Assembly: GCA_964617845.1 (NCBI GenBank)
Contig: CAZUAR010000003.1
Location: 69,908 to 133,907, forward strand
Length of the DNA: 64,000 nt
Direction: 5' to 3'
DNA from: an uncultured Kofleriaceae bacterium
GTDB lineage: Bacteria; Myxococcota_A; Polyangia; Haliangiales; Haliangiaceae
Positions 10,616 through 21,621 of this stretch are shown here, in pieces. Every line of letters begins with the position of its first letter. The first letter of the stretch is position 1. A model generated the notes under the pieces. It was given only the letters and a program-made list of their open reading frames with translations. It did not search any database and was not told the DNA's origin. The position numbers and the translations under genes are program-made.

Positions 10616-13600
10616 TCAGGGGTTGGTCAGCGCGGCGTCGCTCGCCACCGCGTACTCCTTGCCCGAGTTCGTGTCGCGGACGAGGAAGTAGAACCAGCCG
10701 TCCGAGCGGAAGTGCGGGAACAGCGCGAACTGGCCGGCCTGCATCGTCGTGACGCGAGTGCGAGCACCCGTGAGCATGTTGACGAGGATGATGTTCGCGG
10801 TGCCCTTCTCGAGGAGCGTCCTGAACGCCGGGTCGTTCGCCGACGAGTAGCCGAGGTCGGCGTAGTCCGCCTCCGTGATGTAGTGGTGCGTCACGAAGTA
10901 CTTCTCGTCGAAGGAGATGCTCGGCTTCGCACCCTGCGTGCAGTAGCGACCGACTTCCGTCGTCGTGATCGTGTAGCTCTGGCCGTTCGGGACCGTGTTC
11001 AGCTTGCGAACGACGTAGCCGAGGTGACCGCTCGCGTTACCGATGCGCGAGATGACGAGCTTGGTCGACGGCGAGAGGACGGTGTCACCCTCGTACGGGA
11101 CCTTCACGCGAACCTCCGGCTTGCCGACGTAGTGCGCGCCGTCGAACACCATCGGCGTGAACTTCATCTCGGCATCCGCACCGAACGCCGCCGCCGGGTC
11201 ACCGGTCTCGCCCGCGCTCGGGTTATCCGACGTGAACTGGCTGTTGACCGCGAAGTAGTCGGCGCCCGCGAGGCCCGCACCGAGGTGCTGGTAGAGGCTG
11301 ACCGTTCCGACCGACGAGCACGCCGACTCGGAGAAGTTGATGCTGTCGGGGTTCGACGTGAGCAGCGACATCTTGCAGAACGCCGCGCCGATCGGGGTGC
11401 CCTGGAACATCCAGCCGCGGTTATCCGGGAAGAAGCCGGGGTCGTACGCCGCGTCGACGTTCATGTCCTTGTTGGTCTGGAGGTCGGAGATGACCGCGCC
11501 GTCACCACCCGAGCGCGAGCCGTTCGCCACGAAGCGACCGTCCGCCGAGGAGCGCATCCAGTAGAAGGTGTTGAACGCGAGCTCGCGAATCACGCGCAGC
11601 GTTCCGACCTTCGTCCAGCCGTTCGCGTACGGCTTGCTGGTGGCGTTCGGCGACGACTGGAGGCACTGCTTCGGGTCGGTCGTGCCGGCCGCGCAGCCGA
11701 ACATGTTGATGTTGGCCTGGCGGTTGACCGCGCCCCAGCCGCTGGTCGCCATCGCGTTCACGTGCGTCGACATCTCCGGCTTCACCGACTGCGTGCACGA
11801 GGTCGGGCCCGTGTCGGCCGGCAGGTAGATGGACGCGCGCGGGATGCCACGAGCGAACCACTCGGCGATGATGTCGAACTCCGGCTGCGTGAAGCGCGGG
11901 TGGTTGCCCTTCGGCATCGACACGCGGTTCTTGAACTTGCCGTACTCGAGCGCCCACGTGTCGGCGTTGTTGCCGTCCTGGCCATCCGGGTACGCCTGCT
12001 TGAAGACGTCCTGGAACCAACCGAGGTGCGAGCCCGCGGCGTAGATGCCGAGCTTGCCCGGGTTGAACGGCGAGTCGTCCTGGTCGGGGTCGAGGCGGAA
12101 CTGCGCGACGCGGTCCTTGGCGGGCATCGCGTTCGCGAGCGGCTTGACGTACTTCGTCGTGACCTTGACCGTGCCGTCGTCCGAGCCGAACAGACCGACG
12201 TAGAACGTCGCCGGGCCGGCCGCGTTGAAGATCGTCTTGTCGCACTTCTCCGTCGACGTCTGCGCGAACGGGCGGCAGTCGTACTGCGTCTGCGAGACCT
12301 CCGCACCGCGGCGGACGTAGAGGTCGATGTCACCGGTGCCAGCGATCGAGATCTCGATCTGCGAGCCCGCGGCCACCTCGTACTCGCCGACCTCCTTGAA
12401 CTCGTTGTTCTCGACGCGGATGCCGGCGGACGTGCTGTTCACGGCCTCGCCCTGCGCGTCCGCATCGCGGAACGCGGTCATGACCGCGTGGTCCGTCTTC
12501 TCTTTCCAGTCCTCGAGCGTCGCGATGTTGCCGACGTGGCAGTCCGTGCAGTTGTTCTTGAGCGCGTTCTTGTTCATGCCGAGCAGCGTGGTCGCCTGCT
12601 TCGCGAGCTCGTCGTCCGAGAGGTTGACGGGGTTGCGGAGGCGGCCACCGGCGTCAGCACCACCGAGCGTCTCGGGGACCGGCTTCCAGTCGCAGCCAGC
12701 GCCGGACGGGTTCGTGTTGCACGCCTGGATGAAGTCGAGCGCCTTCTTCTGCTCCGACGCGTCCCACTCCTCTTGCGAGGCGAACACGTGGTCGGTCGGC
12801 ATCCAGTACTTGTTCTCCGGCTTGAGGCCGTGGTTCGTCGTGATGTTGTTCCACGCGGTGTCCGTGCCCTCGAGGCGCGTGAGCCACTGGTCGGCCCAGC
12901 GACCGTCGCCCATGCGGTGGCACTTGGTGCACGCGTTCGCCGCGTCACCCGTGATGTGCTTCGGCATCGTCCAGCCCTGGCCCTTGCGGTTGACGAGAGC
13001 GTACGGCGTGTCGTTCGCGCCGATCGCGAAGTCCGGGTCGATGCCCATCTTCGGGATCACGGGGCGGCCGTTCTGATCCTTCGCGCCGTCGATCCATGGG
13101 CTGTGGATGAACGCGTCGGCGTCGTGGCAGCTCGCGCACTCGATGCCCGAGCCGAGGCCGCCGTGCACGCCGGCCCACAGGTTCGACGACTTCACCTTGT
13201 CGCCGGGGTGCGGGACGTGCGCGCCGTCGGTCTTCTGATAGAGCGCGTTCTGGAAGAAGCAGGTCTTACCGGTGAACGGGTTCGTACCGATCATCGCGAT
13301 GTCGTTGAACTTGGACGACGAGTAGCTGCCACCCGTGCCCGACTCGGCGACGCTCTTGCGGCAGAGCAGCACCCAGCGCGTGCCTTGCTCGTTGATGCGG
13401 GTCGCGACGCGCGGGCCGGACTCGCACAGCGAGTAGATGTACTGCGGGTTGTCGCACTTGGACTCGTTGCCCATCTGCGGCGCGTTGACGGTGCCGTTAT
13501 CGGCGGTGACCGTCATCGGGATCGGCGTCGAGTCGAGGCAGTTGTACGTGCCGTAGTCGCCTTCGCCGAGCTTCTCGAAGAACGGAATCTCGCCGAGCTG

Positions 13601-14125
13601 GTCGACGCAACGCTCCGCGTACGCTTCGGGGCTGTTGAGGCGCTGCTCGCCGCTCGGGTCGTCGGCCTTGCCGCCGATGCCCTTGCTGCGCGCCTTGTCC
13701 CACGCCGCGAACAGGTCGCGCTCCTGCGAGAAGATGACCTCGCTGCCGTCCATGATGCAGACGTCGATGATGGAGTCGGTGCCCTTCTTGGCCTGCTCGA
13801 TCATCTCCGGCGTCGGGTTGAGCCACTGGTCACCCTGGTAGAAGGGCTTCGTCAGGTCCTGGTCGACGATCGGGCCGTCGTTGCGGCCCTCGTTCGCGGA
13901 GATGGACTCCACCTCGTTGACCAGCTGGGCGCAGTCGAGCGTCCCGAAGCTGCCGCGGCGAGCGCGTGTGTAGATCGCTCCGTCCACGCTCTGGTTGAGC
14001 TCGATAACGATGCGGCTGTTCGCATGGTTATAGAGGGGGGTCACCTGCAGCTCTTCGTCACATGCCGTGACTCCGAGCGTGAGCGAGGCGAGGATGGCAA
14101 CTCGAGTGGCCGCGCTAGTCCGCAT
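10616..14125 (-). CDS. large secreted lipoprotein with three CxxCH heme-binding motifs (putative multiheme c-type cytochrome) and a PPC-like domain
   Basis: MRTSAATRVAILASLTLGVTAC lipobox. Motifs CASCH, CTKCH, CTDCH. The block GDIDLYVRRGAEVSQTQYDC is paralogous to the neighbour. GC is lower (about 62-64%) than the surroundings. 1169 aa. Confidence 0.75.
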   Translation of the reverse strand: MRTSAATRVAILASLTLGVTACDEELQVTPLYNHANSRIVIELNQSVDGAIYTRARRGSFGTLDCAQLVNEVESISANEGRNDGPIVDQDLTKPFYQGDQWLNPTPEMIEQAKKGTDSIIDVCIMDGSEVIFSQERDLFAAWDKARSKGIGGKADDPSGEQRLNSPEAYAERCVDQLGEIPFFEKLGEGDYGTYNCLDSTPIPMTVTADNGTVNAPQMGNESKCDNPQYIYSLCESGPRVATRINEQGTRWVLLCRKSVAESGTGGSYSSSKFNDIAMIGTNPFTGKTCFFQNALYQKTDGAHVPHPGDKVKSSNLWAGVHGGLGSGIECASCHDADAFIHSPWIDGAKDQNGRPVIPKMGIDPDFAIGANDTPYALVNRKGQGWTMPKHITGDAANACTKCHRMGDGRWADQWLTRLEGTDTAWNNITTNHGLKPENKYWMPTDHVFASQEEWDASEQKKALDFIQACNTNPSGAGCDWKPVPETLGGADAGGRLRNPVNLSDDELAKQATTLLGMNKNALKNNCTDCHVGNIATLEDWKEKTDHAVMTAFRDADAQGEAVNSTSAGIRVENNEFKEVGEYEVAAGSQIEISIAGTGDIDLYVRRGAEVSQTQYDCRPFAQTSTEKCDKTIFNAAGPATFYVGLFGSDDGTVKVTTKYVKPLANAMPAKDRVAQFRLDPDQDDSPFNPGKLGIYAAGSHLGWFQDVFKQAYPDGQDGNNADTWALEYGKFKNRVSMPKGNHPRFTQPEFDIIAEWFARGIPRASIYLPADTGPTSCTQSVKPEMSTHVNAMATSGWGAVNRQANINMFGCAAGTTDPKQCLQSSPNATSKPYANGWTKVGTLRVIRELAFNTFYWMRSSADGRFVANGSRSGGDGAVISDLQTNKDMNVDAAYDPGFFPDNRGWMFQGTPIGAAFCKMSLLTSNPDSINFSESACSSVGTVSLYQHLGAGLAGADYFAVNSQFTSDNPSAGETGDPAAAFGADAEMKFTPMVFDGAHYVGKPEVRVKVPYEGDTVLSPSTKLVISRIGNASGHLGYVVRKLNTVPNGQSYTITTTEVGRYCTQGAKPSISFDEKYFVTHHYITEADYADLGYSSANDPAFRTLLEKGTANIILVNMLTGARTRVTTMQAGQFALFPHFRSDGWFYFLVRDTNSGKEYAVASDAALTNP

Positions 14126-14251
14126 GCTGTGCGGTAAGAGCAACGTTGGCGCCAACCGTGCACAGTAGTGATCACACGATCATGGGCCTGGCCGGCAACT
14201 CGGGTAGCTGGCGTGACGCGTTTCTTCTGGCCGGCAAACGGCCTGTAGACC

Positions 14252-15427
14252 CTAGCGAATTGCTCGTGATGTGCATCCGGCTGCAGCCTGCCGCGTGGCG
14301 TCCGCGGAGACCTTGCAGGCCGCCCTGGCCGCCTCGAGCGCCTCCCCGGTCAAGCCCGACCACTCCTCGATCGCCTCGTCGTACGCGTCCTTCATCGCGT
14401 CTCGGGTCGCCACGGACAGCGACGCGCACGTCTGGAGCGCCTCGACCGCGAGCGCGTACTCGTCGCACTCCGCGATCCCGGTCAGCTTCATCTTGGAGGT
14501 CGTGATGGCCGCCGGAAAGCCCCACCGGCTCGCCGGCACTCCCGCGAGGACGTAGCACTCGTCGCGATCGTCGCTCACGATGCAGGCGCGCGCGTCGACC
14601 GTCCACTCCTTGCACGCCGCGAGCATCGCGGTCCTCGACGCCGCGATCGCCTTCGTCCGGTTCGAGCCCGTCAGCGCGGGCGCCTGCCCCGTCCACCTCG
14701 CCGTCCCGTAGTGCGCGGCCACGACCTTCGGACACGTGACGTTCGCGGGCCGCGCCTTCGCCTTCACGATCCGGATCCGCAGACCGTCGGCCTGCGCGAT
14801 CGTCTCGTCGACCTGCTTGCGCCCCGCGTCACCGAGCTGATCGATGCACGCCGTGATGCCGCTCGCCGGCGTCGTGGCGATGCAGCTCCGGACCTCGGCG
14901 CTCCAGCGCTCGCTCTCGCACGACGCCCGAAGCGCTGCGCCTCGCAACCTCCACGCGAGCGATCGCTCCGCCTCCACGGTCACGAACGGCGGCCACGCGT
15001 CGACGGACGTCGCCGCGAGCGCCTCGGTGCACGTCGTGTCCGCCACCGCGTCCGCTCCCGCACGATCGCCGTCGGCGTCCCCGGCGCTCGCGCCGTACGT
15101 CTCGAGCGCCTTGTCGTAGCTCGCGCGCAACGCGGGCGAGAGCTGGTCGAGGCAGCCCTGCACCGTCGGCTCGGTCGCGCTCGCCGCGCACGCGAGCACC
15201 GCCGGTGGCCAGTGATCGCGCTCGCACGACGCGATGATCAGCGCTTCCTTCTTCGGTCCCTCGACGTCCTCATCATCGATCGGTCCGCGCAGGAGCGGGC
15301 CCATGTCGGCGCACGTCGGCACCGAGCTCACCGGCGTTCGCACCGCCCGCTGACTCGGTGGCTTCGCGGGCGGCGTCGACGGCGTCGAGCATGCACCGGC
15401 GAGCAGACACGCGAGGACGAGGCGCAC
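14252..15427 (-). CDS. Cys-rich hypothetical lipoprotein
   Basis: MRLVLACLLAGAC lipobox. 391 aa with many paired cysteines. Lies 31 bp downstream of the acyl-CoA dehydrogenase gene on the same strand. Confidence 0.55.
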   Translation of the reverse strand: MRLVLACLLAGACSTPSTPPAKPPSQRAVRTPVSSVPTCADMGPLLRGPIDDEDVEGPKKEALIIASCERDHWPPAVLACAASATEPTVQGCLDQLSPALRASYDKALETYGASAGDADGDRAGADAVADTTCTEALAATSVDAWPPFVTVEAERSLAWRLRGAALRASCESERWSAEVRSCIATTPASGITACIDQLGDAGRKQVDETIAQADGLRIRIVKAKARPANVTCPKVVAAHYGTARWTGQAPALTGSNRTKAIAASRTAMLAACKEWTVDARACIVSDDRDECYVLAGVPASRWGFPAAITTSKMKLTGIAECDEYALAVEALQTCASLSVATRDAMKDAYDEAIEEWSGLTGEALEAARAACKVSADATRQAAAGCTSRAIR

Positions 15428-15458
15428 GCCTCGATGATGTCACGACCGGCGCTGTCCG

Positions 15459-17288
<1,830 letters not shown>

Positions 17289-17324
17289 CGGGAAGCTCCT
17301 CTACGAAGGTCGGCCGCGTGGGCG

Positions 17325-17344
17325 CTGAATGAACCGTCATTCAG
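17325..17344. promoter_or_regulatory. perfect inverted repeat CTGAATGA-N4-TCATTCAG in the divergent promoter region (candidate operator)
   Basis: Seen directly. It sits 37-56 bp upstream of the acyl-CoA dehydrogenase ATG and overlaps the first alternative ATG of the divergent TolB-like gene. Confidence 0.4.
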
Positions 17345-17394
17345 TTTATGGCCACACTTACGCGTCGCGTCAACCACCGTCGGGAGATTCCGTC

Positions 17395-18333
17395 ATGGGA
17401 TGCTGGGACGTGGTCCGGCCTCGCGAACCGCGATGTCTCCCTGCGAGTGGATGCGCGTTCATCGCGCTCCTGCTCGGCTGCGGTCGCATCGGGTTCGATA
17501 CCGGCTCGTCGATCGATGCGCCGGGCGACGGTGGGCCCGACACCTCGATCGACGCACCGCTGGCGTTCGGTCCGTGGCTGACGCCGACCGAGGTCGCCGT
17601 GATGAACACCACCTCGATGGACTTCGGTCCGACGTTCTCGCCCGACGCGAGCGAGGTGTACGTGTCTCAGCGGTTCACCGGTGACGCGGAGATCTTCCGC
17701 TTCACGCGTGCGGATGCCGCGAGCGCGTTCGGAAACAAGACCGCGATCGCCGCCATCAACGTCTCCGGCGGCTCGGAGGAAGGCGAGCCATCGCTGTCCG
17801 ACGATGGGCTCGAGCTGTGGTTCAACAGGTACGCGCCCGATCGGATCTTCGTGAGCACGCGCTCGAGTGTCACCGTGACCGATTGGACCGCGCCGGTGCT
17901 CGTCGACACGATCCATCCGAACCTCGCCGGATTTCATTCGCCTGACTTCTCTGCCGATCGACACATGGTGCTGACGAAGGACGGGATGATCTGGGAAGCG
18001 ACGCGTCCGTCGTCGACGTCGCCGTGGGGCGCACCGGTCTCGCTCGGCATCACCGGCGACGTTCCGTGCATGCGCCGCGACGGGCTCGAGCTGCTCTACG
18101 AAGGCGCGGTCACGATCGCCGGCATGCCGTCCGTCGCGATCATGCGCCGCACGCGCGCGTCGATCGGCGTCGCGTTCGGTCCCGAGGAGCGGCTCTCGTT
18201 CGGCGCGCTCGATGTCGCCGGCGTCGGAGATCCCGAGCTGAGTCACGATGGAAGCACGCTGATCTTTTCGGCGGAGGAGGTGCTCGGAAACGTGACTTAC
18301 GATATCTACATCTCGGAACGAGTCATCGAGTGA
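17395..18333 (+). CDS. TolB-like/PD40 beta-propeller repeat lipoprotein
   Basis: Lipobox IALLLGC after a charged N-region. WD40-like beta-propeller (PD40) repeat character (SPDASEVYVS, SDDGLELWFN, SHDGSTLIFS). Start chosen at ATG 17395, which has a GGGAGA RBS; an alternative ATG is at 17329. Confidence 0.65.
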   Translation: MGCWDVVRPREPRCLPASGCAFIALLLGCGRIGFDTGSSIDAPGDGGPDTSIDAPLAFGPWLTPTEVAVMNTTSMDFGPTFSPDASEVYVSQRFTGDAEIFRFTRADAASAFGNKTAIAAINVSGGSEEGEPSLSDDGLELWFNRYAPDRIFVSTRSSVTVTDWTAPVLVDTIHPNLAGFHSPDFSADRHMVLTKDGMIWEATRPSSTSPWGAPVSLGITGDVPCMRRDGLELLYEGAVTIAGMPSVAIMRRTRASIGVAFGPEERLSFGALDVAGVGDPELSHDGSTLIFSAEEVLGNVTYDIYISERVIE

Positions 18334-19034
18334 GCCCCGCGCGCAGAAAGCCCCGGCGACGAACGTCGAACAACCACGGCGGCGCGCGTCCCGGTGCAGG
18401 TCGCCCGCCCAAGGGCGAGTTCGCCGGGCATCCCCACAAGGGCCGCGAAGCATTTCGCGCGAAGCACCCCGTGCACGTCGTGATGCGCACGCTCCCGGTG
18501 GCCGGAAACCTCCGGCGACCCGCGATCCACGAGGCGGTGCGCAGCGCGTTGACGACGATCGGCAAGCACGAGGACTGCCGCGTCGTTCACCTCTCGATCC
18601 AGCGCGATCACATCCATCTCCTCGTCGAGGCCGATGACCGCGAGGCGTTGTCGCGCGGCATGCGAGCGTTCCAGATCTCGCTCGCGAAGCGGATCAATCG
18701 CGCGGTCAGCTCGTCGACGAGGAAGCGTCGTCGCGGCCAGATCTTCACCGACCGCTACGAGTCGTTCGTCCTCGAGACACCGCGTGCGGTTCGCGACGCG
18801 CTCGTCTACGTGCTCAACGCGTGGCGCAAGTTCGAGAAAGCGGCGCCCAAGGCGCTCGATCCGTACTCGTCCGCGCTCGCGTTCGCAGGCTGGAAGGAGC
18901 CGATCAGCGACGCCGACTCGTCGGACTTCGCGCCGCTCGTGCTCTGGCCTCCGCGTACGGCGCTGTTGACCAGCGTCGGCAAGATCGCCCGCAACGAAGC
19001 GCCGCCGCCGCCCGCGAAGAAGCGTCCGTGGTGA
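18330..19034 (+). CDS. IS200-like Y1 (HuH) transposase homolog (RAYT-like)
   Basis: HuH motif HLSIQRDHIHLLVEA. N-terminal RPGAGRPPKG. GTG start overlapping the upstream stop. Paralog of the 29647..30384 gene. Confidence 0.6.
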   Translation: MSPARRKPRRRTSNNHGGARPGAGRPPKGEFAGHPHKGREAFRAKHPVHVVMRTLPVAGNLRRPAIHEAVRSALTTIGKHEDCRVVHLSIQRDHIHLLVEADDREALSRGMRAFQISLAKRINRAVSSSTRKRRRGQIFTDRYESFVLETPRAVRDALVYVLNAWRKFEKAAPKALDPYSSALAFAGWKEPISDADSSDFAPLVLWPPRTALLTSVGKIARNEAPPPPAKKRPW

Positions 19035-19631
19035 TCACGTAGCGAAGCGCAGCTCGATCGCGTCGTCGCGCATCACCAACGTCCCCTCGTGCAAGCGAAC
19101 CATCGCGCGCGCGTAGACCAGCGCCAGCGATCGCCTGCCGAGCCCGCCGACGGGCGTGCGCGCGAGCGTGCAGGTGATCGCGCCTCCGCCGGCGTCGAGG
19201 GTGATCGCGAGTCGCCCGCCGCGCGCGCGCGTCACGAGATGCTCGAGGAGCAGGTCCACAGTGCGGACGAGCTTGTCCGCGTGCGCGCGCATCTCGACAC
19301 CGGGCGCGAGCTGCGTATCGACCGCGCATCCATGCTCGGCCGCGAGAGGCTGCGCGCGATCGATCGCCGCGGCGAGCAGGCGCGATAGCGAGAGGACCGC
19401 CGCGGGTGCCTCGATGTCGCCTCGAAGCAGGCGCGACAGATCGCGGAGATCCTGCACGAGACGCGTCTCGTGCTGCACGCAGCGTTCGATGGCGTCGAGA
19501 GCACGCGCACGCATTTCGGGATCATCGCTGCGCTCTCGAAGCACCGAGAGCCACATCTGCTGCGCGCCGAGCGGTGTCGCCAGATCGTGGAGAACGAGGT
19601 CGACGCACGCCGCGAGGTCGAGCTCGTCCAT
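19035..19631 (-). CDS. short sensor-less histidine kinase (HisKA dimerisation/phospho-acceptor region plus HATPase_c)
   Basis: The HDLATPL H-box is near the N-terminus (MDELDLAACVDLVLHDLATPL). The C-terminal ATP-binding-like region ends at 19035. The start lies 2 nt after the stop of the upstream response regulator. Confidence 0.7.
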   Translation of the reverse strand: MDELDLAACVDLVLHDLATPLGAQQMWLSVLRERSDDPEMRARALDAIERCVQHETRLVQDLRDLSRLLRGDIEAPAAVLSLSRLLAAAIDRAQPLAAEHGCAVDTQLAPGVEMRAHADKLVRTVDLLLEHLVTRARGGRLAITLDAGGGAITCTLARTPVGGLGRRSLALVYARAMVRLHEGTLVMRDDAIELRFAT

Positions 19632-19633
19632 GG

Positions 19634-20263
19634 TCACAGGCCCAGCGAGTGCGCGAGGACGAGCAACTGCGGGAACGAGCCGACGCCGAGCTTGCGCATC
19701 AGGTTCTGCCGGTGCGTCTCGACAGTGCGCCGCGAGATCGACAATGCGGTCGCGATCGTCTCGTTGGACTCGCCGAGGACGAGGCGCTGGAACACCTGCT
19801 TCTCGCGGTCGGTGAGTCGCTCGACAGGGTTGACGTCGTCGCTCTCCGCCAGATGGCGGATCTGAGTCTCGTCGATGGTCGGCGGCAGATACGACTTCGA
19901 CTCGATGACGGTGCGGATCGCGTCGAGGATCGCCGAGGAGGACTGCGACTTCAGCGCGTACCCATCGGCGCCGGCGCGGATCATGGCCGCGACTCGCACG
20001 GGCGCGTCGTGCGCCGACAGGCCGAGGACCTTGCACGCCGGCGCGATGTCCTTGAGCCGCTTCGTCAGCGACACGCCGCCCGTCGTGGGCAGTACGACAT
20101 CCACGATCGCCAGGTCGATCGGTCGCGATCGCGCGATCTCGAGCGCCTCGCCCGCCGTGCCAACCGCCGCGACCACCTCGCACTGCTGCGTCTCGAGGAG
20201 CTGAGCGATTCCTGCGCGAAACAACGGATGATCATCTACGACAATGGTTCGTGTTCCGATCAT
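19634..20263 (-). CDS. NarL/FixJ-family response regulator (REC plus LuxR HTH)
   Basis: The MIGTRTIVVDDHPLFRAGI receiver domain carries the phospho-acceptor Asp context. The C-terminal LTDREKQVFQRLVLGESNETIATALSISRRTVETHRQNLMRKL is a LuxR-type HTH. A GGAGG RBS precedes the second ATG. Confidence 0.85.
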   Translation of the reverse strand: MIGTRTIVVDDHPLFRAGIAQLLETQQCEVVAAVGTAGEALEIARSRPIDLAIVDVVLPTTGGVSLTKRLKDIAPACKVLGLSAHDAPVRVAAMIRAGADGYALKSQSSSAILDAIRTVIESKSYLPPTIDETQIRHLAESDDVNPVERLTDREKQVFQRLVLGESNETIATALSISRRTVETHRQNLMRKLGVGSFPQLLVLAHSLGL

Positions 20264-20553
20264 CTCTCCTACCTCCATGAATCACGTGTAGCGTTCTTCG
20301 TAGAGGTGAACAGGGGAGACATCGCGAGCATCGCTCGAAGCTCCGCGAGGAGCATCTCACGATCGATGTCATTGGAAGGATTGCGGGTCTGGGTGGTGAG
20401 CATCGCCCCGTTTCGCGACCGCTCGGTGCGGCAAGCTGCCTCACTCCGTCGAACAGCCGGCATGGGAGCGGCTGCGATTTCATTGGCCGAACCGGATCAC
20501 TCGAGCTCGCCCTTCGTGGTCCGTGTCTTGTAGCCCTCCGGCGCGGAGGGCCA

Positions 20554-21456
20554 ATGGACGAGGATTTCGACCTGCGCGAGCTGACCGACGCGAAGATCGC
20601 AGAGGTCCCCTGGTACTTCCGGCTCGGTCGGTACCTGTCGAAGCGACGGATTCGCGGGGGCGATCGCTTGCTGGCGGAAGCGAGACGCCGCGGGATGCTC
20701 GACCAGCTCGCGATCTACTCGCTCGGCGACGTCGAGTTTCGCGTGCCGCTGTGGCGGCCGTGCAACGAGTGGCTCGAAGACGACGTCCGCGACTACGAGG
20801 CGGCGTTCATGCGCGAGCTCGCGGCGGCGGTCTGCCGCATGTCGGGGGAGGTCACGCTGATCGACTGCGGCGCGGATATCGGCACCGTGTCGGCGCACCT
20901 CGTCGCCCGCTGCAAGAACGTCAAGCGCATCTTCGCGTTCGAACCGAACGCCGCCGCGTTCAGCGTGCTCCGCCGAAACCTGTCGGCGATGAGTCTGGAG
21001 ACAGATGCGCGAAACATGGCGGTCGGTGACTTCTGCGGTCGCGGTCGCTTGATGCGCGCATCGCAGGACCGCAGCGCGCACGCGATGTACATCGTCCCCG
21101 ATCCGGCGGGCGGCATCGGCGTTCAACGCGTTGACGACCTCGGGGTGCGGGACACGGGTTCGTGCGTGATCAAGATCGACGTCGAAGGAACGGAAGCGTC
21201 CGTCGTCGCGGGCGCCGCGGAGACGATCCGCCGTGCTCGCGAGGTGATCGTCGCGTTCGAGGCGCACCCGAAGGTCGCGAACCGCCTCGGTCGCGATCCG
21301 ATCGAGGTGATCGCGGCCCTCACCCAGATCCGCGCTGGCTTCACGTTCGACGTCGACACGCGGCCCTCGATGGCGCTGAGCCCGCACGCGCGGGTGTTCG
21401 ATCAGCTTCCTCCGACGCGCGTGTACAACATCATCGCGTCCGCGCGTTCTTCGTGA
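20554..21456 (+). CDS. FkbM-family SAM-dependent methyltransferase
   Basis: VTLIDCGADIGTVSAHL ... VIKIDVEGTEASVV is the typical FkbM signature. A GGAGGG RBS precedes the ATG. Confidence 0.8.
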   Translation: MDEDFDLRELTDAKIAEVPWYFRLGRYLSKRRIRGGDRLLAEARRRGMLDQLAIYSLGDVEFRVPLWRPCNEWLEDDVRDYEAAFMRELAAAVCRMSGEVTLIDCGADIGTVSAHLVARCKNVKRIFAFEPNAAAFSVLRRNLSAMSLETDARNMAVGDFCGRGRLMRASQDRSAHAMYIVPDPAGGIGVQRVDDLGVRDTGSCVIKIDVEGTEASVVAGAAETIRRAREVIVAFEAHPKVANRLGRDPIEVIAALTQIRAGFTFDVDTRPSMALSPHARVFDQLPPTRVYNIIASARSS

Positions 21457-21582
21457 CCGAGCCGTCGATACGACGACTTACGCCGCGTGGATCATGGAGG
21501 CGTCTGCTCCGACGGAGACAGGCGCGCTCTTGCGGATAGAACTTCGGGGGCGGTCGGCCGTAGATGAGTTTCTACTTGCCGC

Positions 21583-21621
21583 GGCGCCACGAGGACCTTA
21601 CAAAGGGCGCCATTGTTTTTT
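21583..21621 (+). terminator. weak candidate intrinsic terminator (GGCGCC-N17-GGCGCC stem followed by ATTGTTTTTT)
   Basis: Seen in the sequence about 125 bp after the FkbM stop. The stem is short and the loop long, so confidence is low. Confidence 0.25.

Noticed and set aside
10478-14137. 1219-aa plus-strand ORF
   Set aside because: Antisense to the large multiheme-like lipoprotein. Arg/Val/Ala-dominated low-complexity product.
14146-14250. GGCCG-tttgc-CGGCC hairpin downstream of the Cys-rich lipoprotein gene
   Set aside because: No U-tract follows on the transcribed strand, so it is not a convincing intrinsic terminator.
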